Position numbers and translations under genes: made by a program
Part shown: positions 54,684-64,000 of the stretch, one piece after another
How positions within the stretch are numbered: the stretch's first letter is position 1
Layout: each line of letters opens with the position of its first letter
The notes under the pieces: model-generated
What the model was told of the DNA's origin: nothing
Seen by the model: the letters and a program-made list of their open reading frames with translations, nothing else
The model's database searches: none
DNA from: Vicinamibacterales bacterium
GTDB taxonomy: Bacteria; Acidobacteriota; Vicinamibacteria; Vicinamibacterales; SCN-69-37
DNA length: 64,000 nucleotides
Direction of reading: 5' to 3'
Assembly (NCBI GenBank): GCA_035519535.1
Contig: DATIWF010000062.1
Coordinates: forward strand, 350 to 64,349

Positions 54684-56623
54684 GCCCGGATTCGTCAGCG
54701 GCCTCGTCCGGCCGCATCATCACGGACTACGAGGCGTACCTCTTCGGCGAGGGCCACTGGCTGCGCGCGTGGGAGAAGATGGGCGCGCGTCCCGCCGAGG
54801 TCGAGGGCCGCGCCGGATTCTCGTTCGTGGTCTGGGCGCCAAACGCGCGGCGCGTGGCCGTGGTGGGCGACTTCAATCAGTGGGACGGCCGCGCGCACCC
54901 GATGCGCAATCTGGGCGCGAGCGGGTTGTGGGAGACGTTCGTGCCCGGCCTGGGCGAGGGCGCCGTCTACAAGTTCGAGGTCCAGCCCGTGCAGGGGCCG
55001 ACGCTCACGCGCGCCGATCCGTTCGCACTCTGCGCCGAGCTGCCGCCGCAGACGGCATCGATTACCAGCCATCTGCACGGCTACGCCTGGCGCGACGACG
55101 AGTGGATGGCGTCACGCCGTCGTCACGATGGCGGCGCGGCGCTGGATCGTCCGATGGCGATCTACGAGGTGCATCCGGGATCCTGGCGACGCCGCGCGGA
55201 CGACGGCAATCGGCGGCTGACCTGGCGCGAGCTGGCCGCCGAGCTGGTGCCGTACGTGAAGCGACTCGGCTTCACGCACGTCGAGCTCCTGCCGGTCATG
55301 GAGCACCCGTTCGACGGCTCGTGGGGCTACCAGGTCACGGGGTTCTTCGCGCCGACGTCGCGGTACGGATCGCCCGACGACTTCCGCTTCTTCGTCGACG
55401 AGTGCCACCTCCACGGGATCGGCGTGCTCCTCGACTGGGTGCCGGGCCACTTCCCGAAGGACATCCACGGGCTGATCCGGTTCGACGGCACGGCGCTCTA
55501 CGAGCACGAGGATCCGCGCCAGGGCGAGCACCAGGACTGGGGCACGCTCATCTTCAACTACAGCCGCCATGAGGTCCGCAATTTTCTCCTCGCGAGCGCG
55601 CTGTACTGGCTCGAGTCGTTTCACGCGGACGGGCTGCGCGTGGACGCCGTCGCGTCGATGATCTACCTCGACTATTCGCGCAAGGCCGACGAATGGGTCC
55701 CGAACAAGTACGGCGGCCGTGAGAATCTCGATGCGATCGATTTTCTCCGCGAGCTGAACACGCTCACGCACGCGCACCAGCCGGGCACGGTGATGATTGC
55801 CGAGGAGTCCACGGCGTTTCCCGCCGTGAGCCGGCCGACCTGGGTCGGCGGGCTCGGTTTCACGTTCAAGTGGAACATGGGCTGGATGAACGACATTCTC
55901 ACCTACGTCAGCAAGGACCCGCTCTATCGCCGCTGGGAGCACCGCCACCTCACGTTCTCGATGCTGTACGCGTGGAACGAGAACTTCGTGCTGCCGTTCT
56001 CGCACGACGAAGTCGTGCACGGCAAGGGCTCGATGATCGGCAAGGCGCCGGGCGACGCGTGGCAGAAGGCGGCCACGCTCCGCGTGCTGTACTCGTTCAT
56101 GTACGCGCATCCGGGCAAGAAGCTCTTGTTCATGGGCGGCGAGTTCGGCCAGTGGCACGAGTGGAACCACGACGCGTCCCTCGACTGGCACCTGCTCGGC
56201 CACCCGCTCCACGCCGGCCTGCAACGCTTCGTCGAGGATCTGAACCGGCTGTACGCCGCCGAGCCCGCGCTGCACGAGATCGACTTCGACCCGTCGGGCT
56301 TCGAGTGGATCGACTGCAACGACTACGAGTCGAGCGTGATCTCGCTGATGCGCCACGGACGGGCGGAGGGCGACCGCGTCGTGGTCGTGCTGAACTGGAC
56401 GCCGCTCGTCCGCGCCGGGTACCGCGTCGGCGTGCCGGAGCCCGGCTATTACAAGGAGCTGCTCAACAGCGATGCCGAGTACTACGCGGGCAGCAACGTC
56501 GGCAATAAAGGCGGGCTGTTCGCCGACGCGGTGGCGGCGCACGGCCACGTGCAGTCGCTCAACCTCACGCTTCCGCCGCTTGGGGCGCTGTTCCTGAAGC
56601 GCGACGCGCCGCCAGAAGCCTGA
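54680..56623 (+). CDS. glgB: 1,4-alpha-glucan branching enzyme
   Basis: [78 protein letters not shown] 54680 overlaps the radical SAM stop (GTGA). Confidence 0.9.
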   Translation: MSPDSSAASSGRIITDYEAYLFGEGHWLRAWEKMGARPAEVEGRAGFSFVVWAPNARRVAVVGDFNQWDGRAHPMRNLGASGLWETFVPGLGEGAVYKFEVQPVQGPTLTRADPFALCAELPPQTASITSHLHGYAWRDDEWMASRRRHDGGAALDRPMAIYEVHPGSWRRRADDGNRRLTWRELAAELVPYVKRLGFTHVELLPVMEHPFDGSWGYQVTGFFAPTSRYGSPDDFRFFVDECHLHGIGVLLDWVPGHFPKDIHGLIRFDGTALYEHEDPRQGEHQDWGTLIFNYSRHEVRNFLLASALYWLESFHADGLRVDAVASMIYLDYSRKADEWVPNKYGGRENLDAIDFLRELNTLTHAHQPGTVMIAEESTAFPAVSRPTWVGGLGFTFKWNMGWMNDILTYVSKDPLYRRWEHRHLTFSMLYAWNENFVLPFSHDEVVHGKGSMIGKAPGDAWQKAATLRVLYSFMYAHPGKKLLFMGGEFGQWHEWNHDASLDWHLLGHPLHAGLQRFVEDLNRLYAAEPALHEIDFDPSGFEWIDCNDYESSVISLMRHGRAEGDRVVVVLNWTPLVRAGYRVGVPEPGYYKELLNSDAEYYAGSNVGNKGGLFADAVAAHGHVQSLNLTLPPLGALFLKRDAPPEA

Positions 56624-56667
56624 AGGGCCTGTCGATCGCCCTTGTGACGCGCCCTCGACTGCGCGAC

Positions 56668-57690
56668 TCAGGACAGCGTCTGCCGCGCGATCCGCAGCCG
56701 CAGCTCGCGCACGTCGTCGCCCCGCACCTCGCGCAGCGCCGCCGTGACGAGCGCCTTGACCATCCGCTTGCGCCAGACGAGCTCGAAGTCGGTGTTGTCC
56801 ATCGGCTTGGCGATGTCGTACGCGGCGTCGGCCGCCGCGGCAATGACATCGTCGGTCAGGGCGCGCCCGATCAGCAGCTCGGGGGCTTTCGCCGAGAGCA
56901 GCGGCCGCGAGGCCACGGCGCCGAGCGCCAGGCGCGCTTCGACGACGTGATCGCCGTCGAGCCGGACGGCCACCGCCGCCGACGCGACGGGGAAGTCGAA
57001 CGACCCGCGCCGGCGGAGCTTCCAATACGCGCTCAGCCACCCGGTCTGATCAGGAACGATCACGTCCGTGACCAGCTCGTCGGGCCGGCGAGTGAGGTAC
57101 CGCATGCCGTCGTTCTGATAGAGGTCGCCGACGCTCACGACGCGCTCCCCGGCAGCTGACGCGAGACGCACGCGCGCGCCGAGCGCGACCAGCATCGGCG
57201 CCGTGTCAGTGGACGACACGGCCAGGCACCGCGGGCTCGACGTCGCGACCCAGCACGTCTTGCCGTCCTTCTTCAGGCAGAAGTCGATGGCTTTGCGCCA
57301 TTCGAGGCTTTGGTCGTAGTAGGTGCAGCGCGTGTCGAGGCACAGGTTGCCGCCGATCGTGCCCATGTTGCGCAGATGCGGTGTGGCGACCTGCGCGGCG
57401 GCCTGCCAGAGGCCCGGGCACCGCGCGCGCAGCCGGTCGTCGCGCACGATCTCGGTCAGCGTCACGCCGGCGCCGATCGTGAACCCGGCGCCGTTGCGAA
57501 TCGCCTTGAGCGCGTCGATGCCGCGAAGCGCGATGACCGTGCGCGGCGTCTGCTGGCGCCGCTTCATGTTCGGAATCAGATCCGTGCCGCCCGCGAGCAG
57601 CATCGTGTCAGCCGGCGATTCGGCCAGCCACGCGACGGCGTCCTCGACGCTGCGCGGCGCGCGGAACCGGAACGGCGGCAAGCGCATCAT
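56668..57690 (-). CDS. molybdo-hydroxylase FAD-binding (medium) subunit with Cys-rich insert (HcrB-like)
   Basis: 340 aa from ATG 57690. LLAGGTDLIP and RNMGTIGGNL are FAD_binding_5 motifs. The insert is NLCLDTRCTYYDQSLEWRKAIDFCLKKDGKTCWVATSSPRC. The start overlaps the upstream stop (ATGA). Confidence 0.8.
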   Translation of the reverse strand: MMRLPPFRFRAPRSVEDAVAWLAESPADTMLLAGGTDLIPNMKRRQQTPRTVIALRGIDALKAIRNGAGFTIGAGVTLTEIVRDDRLRARCPGLWQAAAQVATPHLRNMGTIGGNLCLDTRCTYYDQSLEWRKAIDFCLKKDGKTCWVATSSPRCLAVSSTDTAPMLVALGARVRLASAAGERVVSVGDLYQNDGMRYLTRRPDELVTDVIVPDQTGWLSAYWKLRRRGSFDFPVASAAVAVRLDGDHVVEARLALGAVASRPLLSAKAPELLIGRALTDDVIAAAADAAYDIAKPMDNTDFELVWRKRMVKALVTAALREVRGDDVRELRLRIARQTLS

Positions 57691-60164
57691 CGCCGCACCC
57701 CCGCGCTCGCCTCGACGCCGGCGTCGGCCTTGCGCGATGACTTGCGCGCCGGCTCGTTCGAGGCGTGACCATCGCCGCCTTCCCACGGCGGCGTGACGAG
57801 CAGCGCCTCGGGCCAGGCGATCGCGGGGAACGCCGACGGCCCGGTGCGCGCGGGCTTGCCGCCGGCTTTGGCCGCGAGCGCGCGCACGATCTTGTCCGGC
57901 GTGATCGGCACTTCGTCCACGCGCACGCCCACCGCGTCGTACACCGCGTTGGCGACCGCCGGCATGATCGGCAGGAGCGGGCCCTGTCCGGCCTCCTTCG
58001 CGCCGAACGGCCCCGCGGGATCCGGGTGCTCGACGAGGTCCGTGACGATGTCCGGCATGTCGAGGCTCGTCGGACTCTTGTATTCGAGGATCGACGGGAA
58101 CTTGTGGACGAGCGCGCCCGACAGCCTCGCCGGCAGCCGGCGAAACGCCTGCTCCTCCATCAGCGCCTCGCCGAGGCCCATGTAGACGCTGCCCTCGACC
58201 TGGCCGCGCACGAGCGTCGGATTGAGCGCGCGGCCGATGTCGTGCGCGATCCACACGCGGGGCACGACCACCCAGCCCGTCTCCGGATCCACCGTCACCT
58301 CGACCACGGCCGCCGTGTACGAGTACGTGGGGGAGGGGCCGACGCCGCCGCCCTTGAACGCCGCGGCGGATTTCGGCGGCGCGTACGAGCCGGTCGTGCC
58401 GATCGTGCCCACGCGCGCCTCGGCGATGCAGACCGCCTCCTGAAACGTCACGCCCGTCGCGGGATCCGTGCGGTCGAAGACGCGGCGATCGGCGAAGACG
58501 AGCCGTTCCTTCGGGACGTCGAGGCGTGCGGCGACGTGCTCGGCGAGGAGGTCGCGCGCGCGCTCGGCGGCCTGGACCGCGGCGTTGCCCATCATGAGCG
58601 TGACGCGACTCGAGTACGAGCCGAGATCGACCGGCGTGAGATCCGTGTCGCCCGTGACCGCCCGAATGTCGAACGGATCGACGCCCAGAATCTCCGCCAC
58701 GCACGCCACCAGCACGTCGTCCGACCCCTGGCCGATCTCGGTGGCGCCGCAGAATGCCGTGACGCCGCCGCTGCGATCGAGCTTGAGCTGGACGCCCGAG
58801 TGCGGCAGGTCGTTCCAGTTGATGGGCAGCCCGGCGCCGGAGAGATAGGACGAACAGGCGAGGCCGATCCCGCGTCCGTACGGCAGCTTGCGAAACCGGT
58901 TCGCCCAGTCAGACCGCTCGGTGACGCGCCGGATGCACTCGGCGAGCCCGATCGTGCCCACACGGAGGAAGTTCGCCGTCAGCGAATCGGCCGGCGCCAG
59001 GTTCCTGAGGCGCAGCTCGGCGGGATCGATCGTCAGCGCCTCGGCAATCTTGTCGAGCTGGATCTCCTGCCCGAACCGGCTTTGCGGCGTGCCATGGCCG
59101 CGCTTCGGCCCGCAGGGCGGCTTGTTGGTGAACGTGCGGCAGCCGCGGAAGCGGTAGCGCGGAATCCGGTACGTCACGGTCTGGAGCGCGCCGGTGTAGA
59201 AGGTGCTCGCGACGCCGTACGATCCGTACGCGCCGCCGTCGAGCAGCGTCTCGAGGTCGATCCCGGTCAGGGTGCCGTCGCTCGTCACGCCCGTGCGGAA
59301 CCGCATCAACACGGGATGGCGCCCGCGATGGCAGTAGAACACCTCCTCGCGCGTGAGGCAGATCTTGACCGGACGATCGAGGATCCACGCAGCCTTCGCG
59401 ACGATGACCTCGTGGTTGAACGGATCGCTCTTGCCGCCGAAGCCGCCGCCGTTCGGCGTCGCGATCACGCGAATGTGTGCGGCCGGCATCGCCAGCGCCT
59501 TCGCCAGCGCGCGGTGCAGGTAATGCGGCGTCTGCGTGCTCGAGTACACGACGAGCTTGCCGTCCGGATCCTTGGTCGCGACCGCGGCGTGCTGCTCGAT
59601 CGGCAGGTGCGTGTTGCCTTCGTAGAAGAACACGTCGTCGAACACGCGATCGGCGCCGGCGAGCGCGGCGTCGACGTCGCCAAACTGCAGGGCGACGGCC
59701 TTGTGGACGTTGCCGCCGTCGCCGTAGTCGTGGATCCTCGGCTCCGGATGCGCCAGGCTCTCCTCGGGCGAAGCCAGCGTGCGCAGCGGCTCGTACTCGA
59801 CCTCGATCGACTCGACGGCGTCGGCGGCCGTGGACTCGTCGCGCGCGACGACCGCCGCCACGGGATCGCCGACGAACCGCACCTTGTCCCGGCAGAGCGC
59901 GTGCTCGTCGTGACTCACGGGCAGCACGCCATACGCAATCGGAAACGCCTCGCCGGTCAGCACGAGATGCACGCCCGGATGGGCCGCGGCCTTCGATGTG
60001 TCGACCCGGACGATGCGTGCGTGGGGGTGGGGCGACCGGAGCAGCTTGCAGTGGACCATGCGCGGCAGAACGATGTCGTCCGCGTATCGCGTCTGGCCGG
60101 TGACCTTGGCGCGGCCGTCCACGCGCTGCCGCGCGCGCCCGATGATCCGCGTCGACTCGGTCAT
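57687..60164 (-). CDS. xanthine dehydrogenase family molybdopterin-binding (large) subunit
   Basis: 825 aa from ATG 60164. RVDGRAKVTGQTRYADD N-terminus, GGGFGGK and GQG...EIGQG-type motifs. Confidence 0.9.
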   Translation of the reverse strand: MTESTRIIGRARQRVDGRAKVTGQTRYADDIVLPRMVHCKLLRSPHPHARIVRVDTSKAAAHPGVHLVLTGEAFPIAYGVLPVSHDEHALCRDKVRFVGDPVAAVVARDESTAADAVESIEVEYEPLRTLASPEESLAHPEPRIHDYGDGGNVHKAVALQFGDVDAALAGADRVFDDVFFYEGNTHLPIEQHAAVATKDPDGKLVVYSSTQTPHYLHRALAKALAMPAAHIRVIATPNGGGFGGKSDPFNHEVIVAKAAWILDRPVKICLTREEVFYCHRGRHPVLMRFRTGVTSDGTLTGIDLETLLDGGAYGSYGVASTFYTGALQTVTYRIPRYRFRGCRTFTNKPPCGPKRGHGTPQSRFGQEIQLDKIAEALTIDPAELRLRNLAPADSLTANFLRVGTIGLAECIRRVTERSDWANRFRKLPYGRGIGLACSSYLSGAGLPINWNDLPHSGVQLKLDRSGGVTAFCGATEIGQGSDDVLVACVAEILGVDPFDIRAVTGDTDLTPVDLGSYSSRVTLMMGNAAVQAAERARDLLAEHVAARLDVPKERLVFADRRVFDRTDPATGVTFQEAVCIAEARVGTIGTTGSYAPPKSAAAFKGGGVGPSPTYSYTAAVVEVTVDPETGWVVVPRVWIAHDIGRALNPTLVRGQVEGSVYMGLGEALMEEQAFRRLPARLSGALVHKFPSILEYKSPTSLDMPDIVTDLVEHPDPAGPFGAKEAGQGPLLPIMPAVANAVYDAVGVRVDEVPITPDKIVRALAAKAGGKPARTGPSAFPAIAWPEALLVTPPWEGGDGHASNEPARKSSRKADAGVEASAGVRR

Positions 60165-60631
60165 CGCATCTTCTCCGCGGCGGCCTCGACGGCCTCGAAG
60201 ATCTGCAGATACCCCGTGCAGCGGCACAGGTTGCCGGACAGCGCCTCGCGAATCCGATCGCGCGAGGGCGACGGCTCGCGGTCGAGCAGCGCCTTGGCCG
60301 TGACCAGAATGCCGGGCGTGCAGTAGCCGCACTGCGCGCCGCCGAGCGCCGCGCACGCCTCCTGCAGCGGATGCAGGCGCCCGTCGGCAGCCAGGCCCTC
60401 GATCGTCGTGATCCGGCAGCCGTCGTAGTCCGCAGCCAGCGCGAGACACGACAGCGCCGGCTCGTCATCGACCAGGACCGCGCACGCCCCGCACTCGCCG
60501 AGCTCGCAGCCGTGTTTCGTGCCCGTGAGCTGCAGGTCTTCGCGCAGCACCTCGAGCAGCGTTTTCGTGCCGTCGATCAAGAGCTCGACCCGCTCGCCGT
60601 TCACCGTCAGCCTGATTCGAAGCTTGTTCAC
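60161..60631 (-). CDS. (2Fe-2S)-binding small subunit of the molybdo-hydroxylase
   Basis: 156 aa from GTG 60631 (GGAG upstream). CELGECGAC plus C.......C and CGYCTPG...CRCTGY motifs. Confidence 0.9.
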   Translation of the reverse strand: MNKLRIRLTVNGERVELLIDGTKTLLEVLREDLQLTGTKHGCELGECGACAVLVDDEPALSCLALAADYDGCRITTIEGLAADGRLHPLQEACAALGGAQCGYCTPGILVTAKALLDREPSPSRDRIREALSGNLCRCTGYLQIFEAVEAAAEKMR

Positions 60632-61314
60632 GTCGGCTCCTGTTCGTCTCGGGGCGCGTGGACCAGCCGCAGCGGCTGGCGGGCGGCGCGCGGCCGCGCG
60701 CTGATCCCACGGACCAGAAAATCCGCGATGGCGGCACCGACGTCCGCGCCGGTCGTCCCGCCCTCGGGCCGGAACCACGTCGCGGTCCAGTTCACGGCGC
60801 CGAGCATCGCGCGGGTGACGAGGGCCGGATCGACGCGGATGAACTCGCCGCCGGCGATGCCGTCGCTCACGATCCGCCGGACGGCGCGCTCGTACCGATC
60901 GCGCTTGATCACCACGCGGCCGCGGAGCATTGGAGGGAGCGCCCCGACCTCCAGGTGCGCCGTGGCGCCCTCGACATCGTCGAGCAGTGTGCGTGCGTGC
61001 GACGCGAGGACGGCCCCGAGCCGCTCGCCGGCGTGCCGGGAGGTCCGCCGCGCGTGCGCCACGGCCGAAAAAAGCCGGTCAAGCGTCCGGTCCTGACAGT
61101 AGTAGAGGATCTCGTCCTTGCCGCGGAAGTAGTGGTACAGGTTGGCGGGCGATAGATCCGCCGCCTCGGCGATCTCACGCATGCCGGTGTCCGCGAAGCC
61201 GCGGTCGCGGAAGATCCGGGCGGCCGCGCGCAGAATCGCGTCCCGCCGGGCATCGCGGCGGCGCGCCCGCCGGGGAGACGGCAAAAGCGAACGGCTGTTC
61301 GAAGATCGAACCAC
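60628..61314 (-). CDS. TetR/AcrR family transcriptional regulator (first gene of the hydroxylase operon)
   Basis: ILRAAARIFRDRGFADTGMREIAEAADLSPANLYHYFRGKDEILY. The stop overlaps the next start (GTGA). Confidence 0.85.
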   Translation of the reverse strand: MVRSSNSRSLLPSPRRARRRDARRDAILRAAARIFRDRGFADTGMREIAEAADLSPANLYHYFRGKDEILYYCQDRTLDRLFSAVAHARRTSRHAGERLGAVLASHARTLLDDVEGATAHLEVGALPPMLRGRVVIKRDRYERAVRRIVSDGIAGGEFIRVDPALVTRAMLGAVNWTATWFRPEGGTTGADVGAAIADFLVRGISARPRAARQPLRLVHAPRDEQEPT

Positions 61315-61336
61315 CGTTCACATACTAGCGCAGATT

Positions 61337-61364
61337 TGCCCTCTGCCTTCTGCCCTCTGCCTTC
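61337..61364. repeat. 14-bp tandem duplication TGCCCTCTGCCTTC x2 in an intergenic spacer
   Basis: Read directly from the sequence. The related motif GAAGGCAGAAGGCA (reverse complement TGCCTTCTGCCTTC) occurs at 22215-22228. Confidence 0.8.
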
Positions 61365-61793
61365 TTACGCGTCCGCCATCTTCAGAATCGCGTCCCACGT
61401 GCGCTGATCCACGGGCATCACCGAGAGCCGGGGCATGTACGTGAGCGGAAAGTCCTTGAAGCGCCGATCGGCCTTGATTGCGGCCAGGGTGACCGGACGC
61501 TTGAGCTTCTTCACCGGCACGAGATCGACGACGTGGGCCTTCCCGGTCTTGTCCTTCGGGTCGGGACGCGCGTCGCCCGCGGCGCGCGCGATCGCGACGA
61601 CGGCCTTTTCGCTGCCGGTGTGGTAGTAGAAGACGAGATCGCCCTTGCGGATGCTCCGCAAATGCTTCTGGGCCAGCGGGTTCCTCACGCCGCTCCACTC
61701 GGTGCCGCCGTCCTTCACGAACGCGTCGTACCCATAGTGGTCCGGTTCTTCTTTCACCAGGAAAGGCATATGGGTCCGGAGCATACCACTCAT
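61365..61793 (-). CDS. EVE domain protein (PUA-like)
   Basis: FLVKEEPDHYGYD......W.GVRNPLAQKHLRSIRKGDLVFYYHTGSEKAVVAIARA matches the EVE signature. An alternative start is at ATG 61769. Confidence 0.8.
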   Translation of the reverse strand: MSGMLRTHMPFLVKEEPDHYGYDAFVKDGGTEWSGVRNPLAQKHLRSIRKGDLVFYYHTGSEKAVVAIARAAGDARPDPKDKTGKAHVVDLVPVKKLKRPVTLAAIKADRRFKDFPLTYMPRLSVMPVDQRTWDAILKMADA

Positions 61794-61940
61794 GAATCAC
61801 GCGCGATTGTTCCCGGACGGGACACTTTCGTGGAGCGTAACGTGCTTTCCATTTGCGAGCGGGAGTAGACTCCAAGACGGCTTCTCGACGCTCTCCAGCG
61901 TGGCAAGGGTCTTGCTGAATCAGGCGATGGAGGCACTACC

Positions 61941-62324
61941 ATGCGTCGAAACGTTCTCATCATCACTTTCCTGGCCGCACTCGTCGGAGGCGCGTCTGCC
62001 TGCGGCTCCAGCTACGGCTCGTCCAACATGCCGAGCGCCACGCCGATCCCCTCGGGACCGAATACCGTGCTCGTGCCAAACGGTGCGTATCTCGGGCCCG
62101 GGCCGGGATTCGCGCCGAACACCATCACGGTGGCTGCGGGCACGACCGTCATGTTCGGCAACAACGACGTCACCGCGCACACGACGACCGCGGATGGCGG
62201 TCAGTGGAACTCGAACAACCTGAATTCAGGGCAGACGTTCTCGGTGAAGCTGGACACGCCGGGGACGTACAAGTACCACTGCTCGATTCACTCGTTCATG
62301 AACGGGACGATCGTCGTCCAGTAG
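61941..62324 (+). CDS. cupredoxin-like copper protein (plastocyanin/azurin family), lipoprotein signal
   Basis: 127 aa. The signal ends in ...GGASAC. YKYHCSIHSFMNGTIVV supplies the Cys-His-Met type-1 copper ligands, with an upstream His in DVTAHT. Confidence 0.75.
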   Translation: MRRNVLIITFLAALVGGASACGSSYGSSNMPSATPIPSGPNTVLVPNGAYLGPGPGFAPNTITVAAGTTVMFGNNDVTAHTTTADGGQWNSNNLNSGQTFSVKLDTPGTYKYHCSIHSFMNGTIVVQ

Positions 62325-62646
62325 CCCGCGCCGGATCGGGCAGCCACTTCTGGGCCCAGGCCGCGACGGCATCGAGCGATCGCTGCAGCTCGCGGCCCTT
62401 GGCCGTCAGCGCGTACTCCACACGCACGGGCGCGGTCGGGAGCACCGACCGCGTCACCAGTCCCTCCTTCTCGAGGACCTGGAGCCGCTCGGAGAGCATC
62501 CGGTCGCTGATCTGCGGGATCGACTCGGCGAGCTCCGCGAACCGCGCGGGCCCCGCCAGCAGGAGCTGGAGGATCGCGCCGGTCCACCGGCTGCCGACCA
62601 GCTCGATGGCCCGGTGAAACCGCGGACAGAGCGTGCGGGAGATCAC
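62296..62646 (-). CDS. HxlR family transcriptional regulator
   Basis: CPRFHRAIELVGSRWTGAILQLLLAGPARFAELAESIPQISDRMLSERLQVLEKEGLV.R.....P.RVEYALT. Confidence 0.85.
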   Translation of the reverse strand: MISRTLCPRFHRAIELVGSRWTGAILQLLLAGPARFAELAESIPQISDRMLSERLQVLEKEGLVTRSVLPTAPVRVEYALTAKGRELQRSLDAVAAWAQKWLPDPARATGRRSSRS

Positions 62647-62673
62647 GCGCCTAGCTTACCAGATGAAAGCGAC

Positions 62674-62702
62674 TTGACTTCAGTAACTAATAATTCTATA
62701 GT
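62674..62702 (+). promoter_or_regulatory. sigma-70-type promoter for the yceI-like gene, in the AT-rich HxlR/YceI divergent spacer
   Basis: TTGACT (62674-62679), a 17-bp spacer, then TATAGT (62697-62702). GGAGGAG precedes ATG 62745. Confidence 0.55.
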
Positions 62703-62744
62703 AGCTACTTACTAGTTAGTCACACGCTGGCAGGAGGAGAGATC

Positions 62745-63290
62745 ATGTTCACGACTTGGAGAATTGACCCGGCCCACACCGAGGCGGCGTTCGCCGTCCG
62801 GCACCTGATGATTTCGACCGTTCGCGGCCGCTTCAGCGACGTGAAGGGCGACGTCGTCCTCGACGGTGAGGACTTCGGCACGGCGCGGTTCGACGTCACG
62901 ATCCCGACCGCCACCGTGGACACGCGCGAGCCGCAGCGCGATCAGCACCTGCGATCCGCCGATTTCTTCGACGTGGAGAAGTTCCCCGTCATGACGTTCT
63001 CGAGCCGCGAGGTCGCGCGCGCCGGCGACGCCTACCGCGTGATGGGCGACCTGACGATCCGCGGCATCACCCGGCCTGTGACGTTCGACGTCAGCCACGA
63101 GGGACGCGTGCGCGACCCGTGGGGTGGGGAGCGCGCCGGCTTCTCGGCGACGACCGTCATCAACCGCAAGGACTTCGGGTTGGTGTGGAACGCGGTGCTC
63201 GAGGCAGGCGGCGTCGTGGTGGGCGACGAGGTCAGGATTTCGGTGGATCTCGAGCTGGTCAAACAGGCGTCGGCGTCGGCGGCGGCCTGA
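62745..63290 (+). CDS. YceI family protein
   Basis: W.IDPAHTEAAFAVRHLMISTVRGRF....G.V..D.........TV.T....RD.HLRSADFFDVEKFP.MTF.S........Y.V.GDLTIRGITRPV. Confidence 0.85.
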   Translation: MFTTWRIDPAHTEAAFAVRHLMISTVRGRFSDVKGDVVLDGEDFGTARFDVTIPTATVDTREPQRDQHLRSADFFDVEKFPVMTFSSREVARAGDAYRVMGDLTIRGITRPVTFDVSHEGRVRDPWGGERAGFSATTVINRKDFGLVWNAVLEAGGVVVGDEVRISVDLELVKQASASAAA

Positions 63291-63396
63291 GCTGTAGAGG
63301 AGTGTGGGCGGCAGGCGGCGTCCGCGGACGGACGAATCTGTCCCGGCGCGCGCGACGAGCCGAAAACAAGGTAAGGTACTCTGCAGGGATTCCCCG

Positions 63397-64000
63397 ATGG
63401 CCTCGAGTCGTTTGTCGCGCGCCCGCGTCCTGTGGGTCGCGACCTGCCTGGCCGTCGTCGCGTTCACGACGGCGGCGCCGGCGCAGCGATTCGGACCGCA
63501 ATTCGGATTCGAGCCGACGATCACCCACTCGCGATACGACGGCAAGTTCGCGCTGGCGCGCTTGAAGTACACGACGGGGCCCGGCGGCTACTACTACATG
63601 GGGCTTCCGGCCTGGGCCCACGGCTACCCGAAGGCCGAGAACAACCTCATGCAGATTCTCGACTCCATCACGGCCGTCCATCCACATGTGACGGACACCG
63701 TCGTGGTCGAGCTCGACGACCCGGAGCTCACGAGATACCCGGTCGCATACATGACCGAAGCGGGCTACTGGGTGATGAACGACAAGGAGGCGGCCGGGCT
63801 GCGCGCGTACTTCCTCAAGGGCGGCTTCGTCATTTTCGATGACTTCCGCCCGCCGCCCCGCGGCGGCGGCGGCTGGGAGAACTTCGAGTCGAACATGATG
63901 CGCATCCTGCCCGGCGTGAAGTTCTTCGACCTGGACGCGTCGTCGCCCATCTTCCACTGCTTCTTCGACATCAACGAGCTGCAGATCATCCCGCAGTTCT
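63397..64000 (+). CDS. DUF4159-like protein, 5-prime part (runs off the right edge)
   Basis: ATG 63397. Signal-like N-terminus, then YDGKFALARLKY....GYYY...PAWAHGYPKAENNLMQIL...T........VELDDPEL.RYPVAYMTEAGYW.M.DKEAAGLRAYFLKGGFVIFDDF. It is open to the window end, so it is absent from the ORF track. Confidence 0.6.
   Translation, partial: MASSRLSRARVLWVATCLAVVAFTTAAPAQRFGPQFGFEPTITHSRYDGKFALARLKYTTGPGGYYYMGLPAWAHGYPKAENNLMQILDSITAVHPHVTDTVVVELDDPELTRYPVAYMTEAGYWVMNDKEAAGLRAYFLKGGFVIFDDFRPPPRGGGGWENFESNMMRILPGVKFFDLDASSPIFHCFFDINELQIIPQF

Overview
GC-rich (by eye about two-thirds G+C) bacterial chromosomal window. I could support roughly 60 genes. The gene content suggests an Acidobacteriota-like soil bacterium, which is inference only: two ADOP-type duplicated orphan MacB/FtsX permeases, haem/TPR fusion proteins, many Tat/Sec-exported hydrolases, PhoD plus a PhoX-like phosphatase, and ppk1. 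Long arginine-rich shadow ORFs on the opposite strand of real genes are common and were discarded. Layout: (1) 1-5700 is an accessory mosaic. It holds two perfect 48-bp copies of a tRNA-Arg(ACG) 3-prime half (att-type repeats), a decayed tyrosine-recombinase remnant, a 181-bp 98 percent direct repeat that cuts off both the integrase and a parE toxin, and toxin-antitoxin genes (hicA edge, parD/parE-remnant, vapBC). (2) 6400-10900 holds two adjacent ABC-F ATPases and a cupin, bracketed by diverged copies of a small ORF. (3) 12800-17400 is a membrane glycosyltransferase-like pair plus an alginate-export-type porin. (4) 17300-26400 contains housekeeping or exported enzymes: octahaem cytochrome-TPR, sulfatase, S8 peptidase, tadA. 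(5) 26446-27417 holds tRNA-Ser(CGA), a 4 x 51-bp hairpin tandem array, a GIY-YIG gene and a MazF C-terminal remnant. (6) 27490-45634 holds permeases, phosphatases, amidase, a PP2C phosphatase, ppk1 and others. (7) 45650-48773 is the most interesting part: an eRF1-like (baeRF1) protein with a GKQ loop, tightly linked to an ASCH-domain protein, a 137-aa unknown and a PolX-N-terminal HhH protein, preceded by an AT-rich perfect 27-bp palindrome. (8) 48772-64000 holds an MBL hydrolase, an S9 peptidase with Gly/Arg-rich inserts, B12-radical SAM overlapping glgB, a TetR-controlled molybdo-hydroxylase operon with an HcrB-like Cys loop, EVE, cupredoxin, HxlR/YceI and DUF4159. No CRISPR array, rRNA or intact transposase was seen. 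All functional calls come from motif recognition by eye, not database searches.
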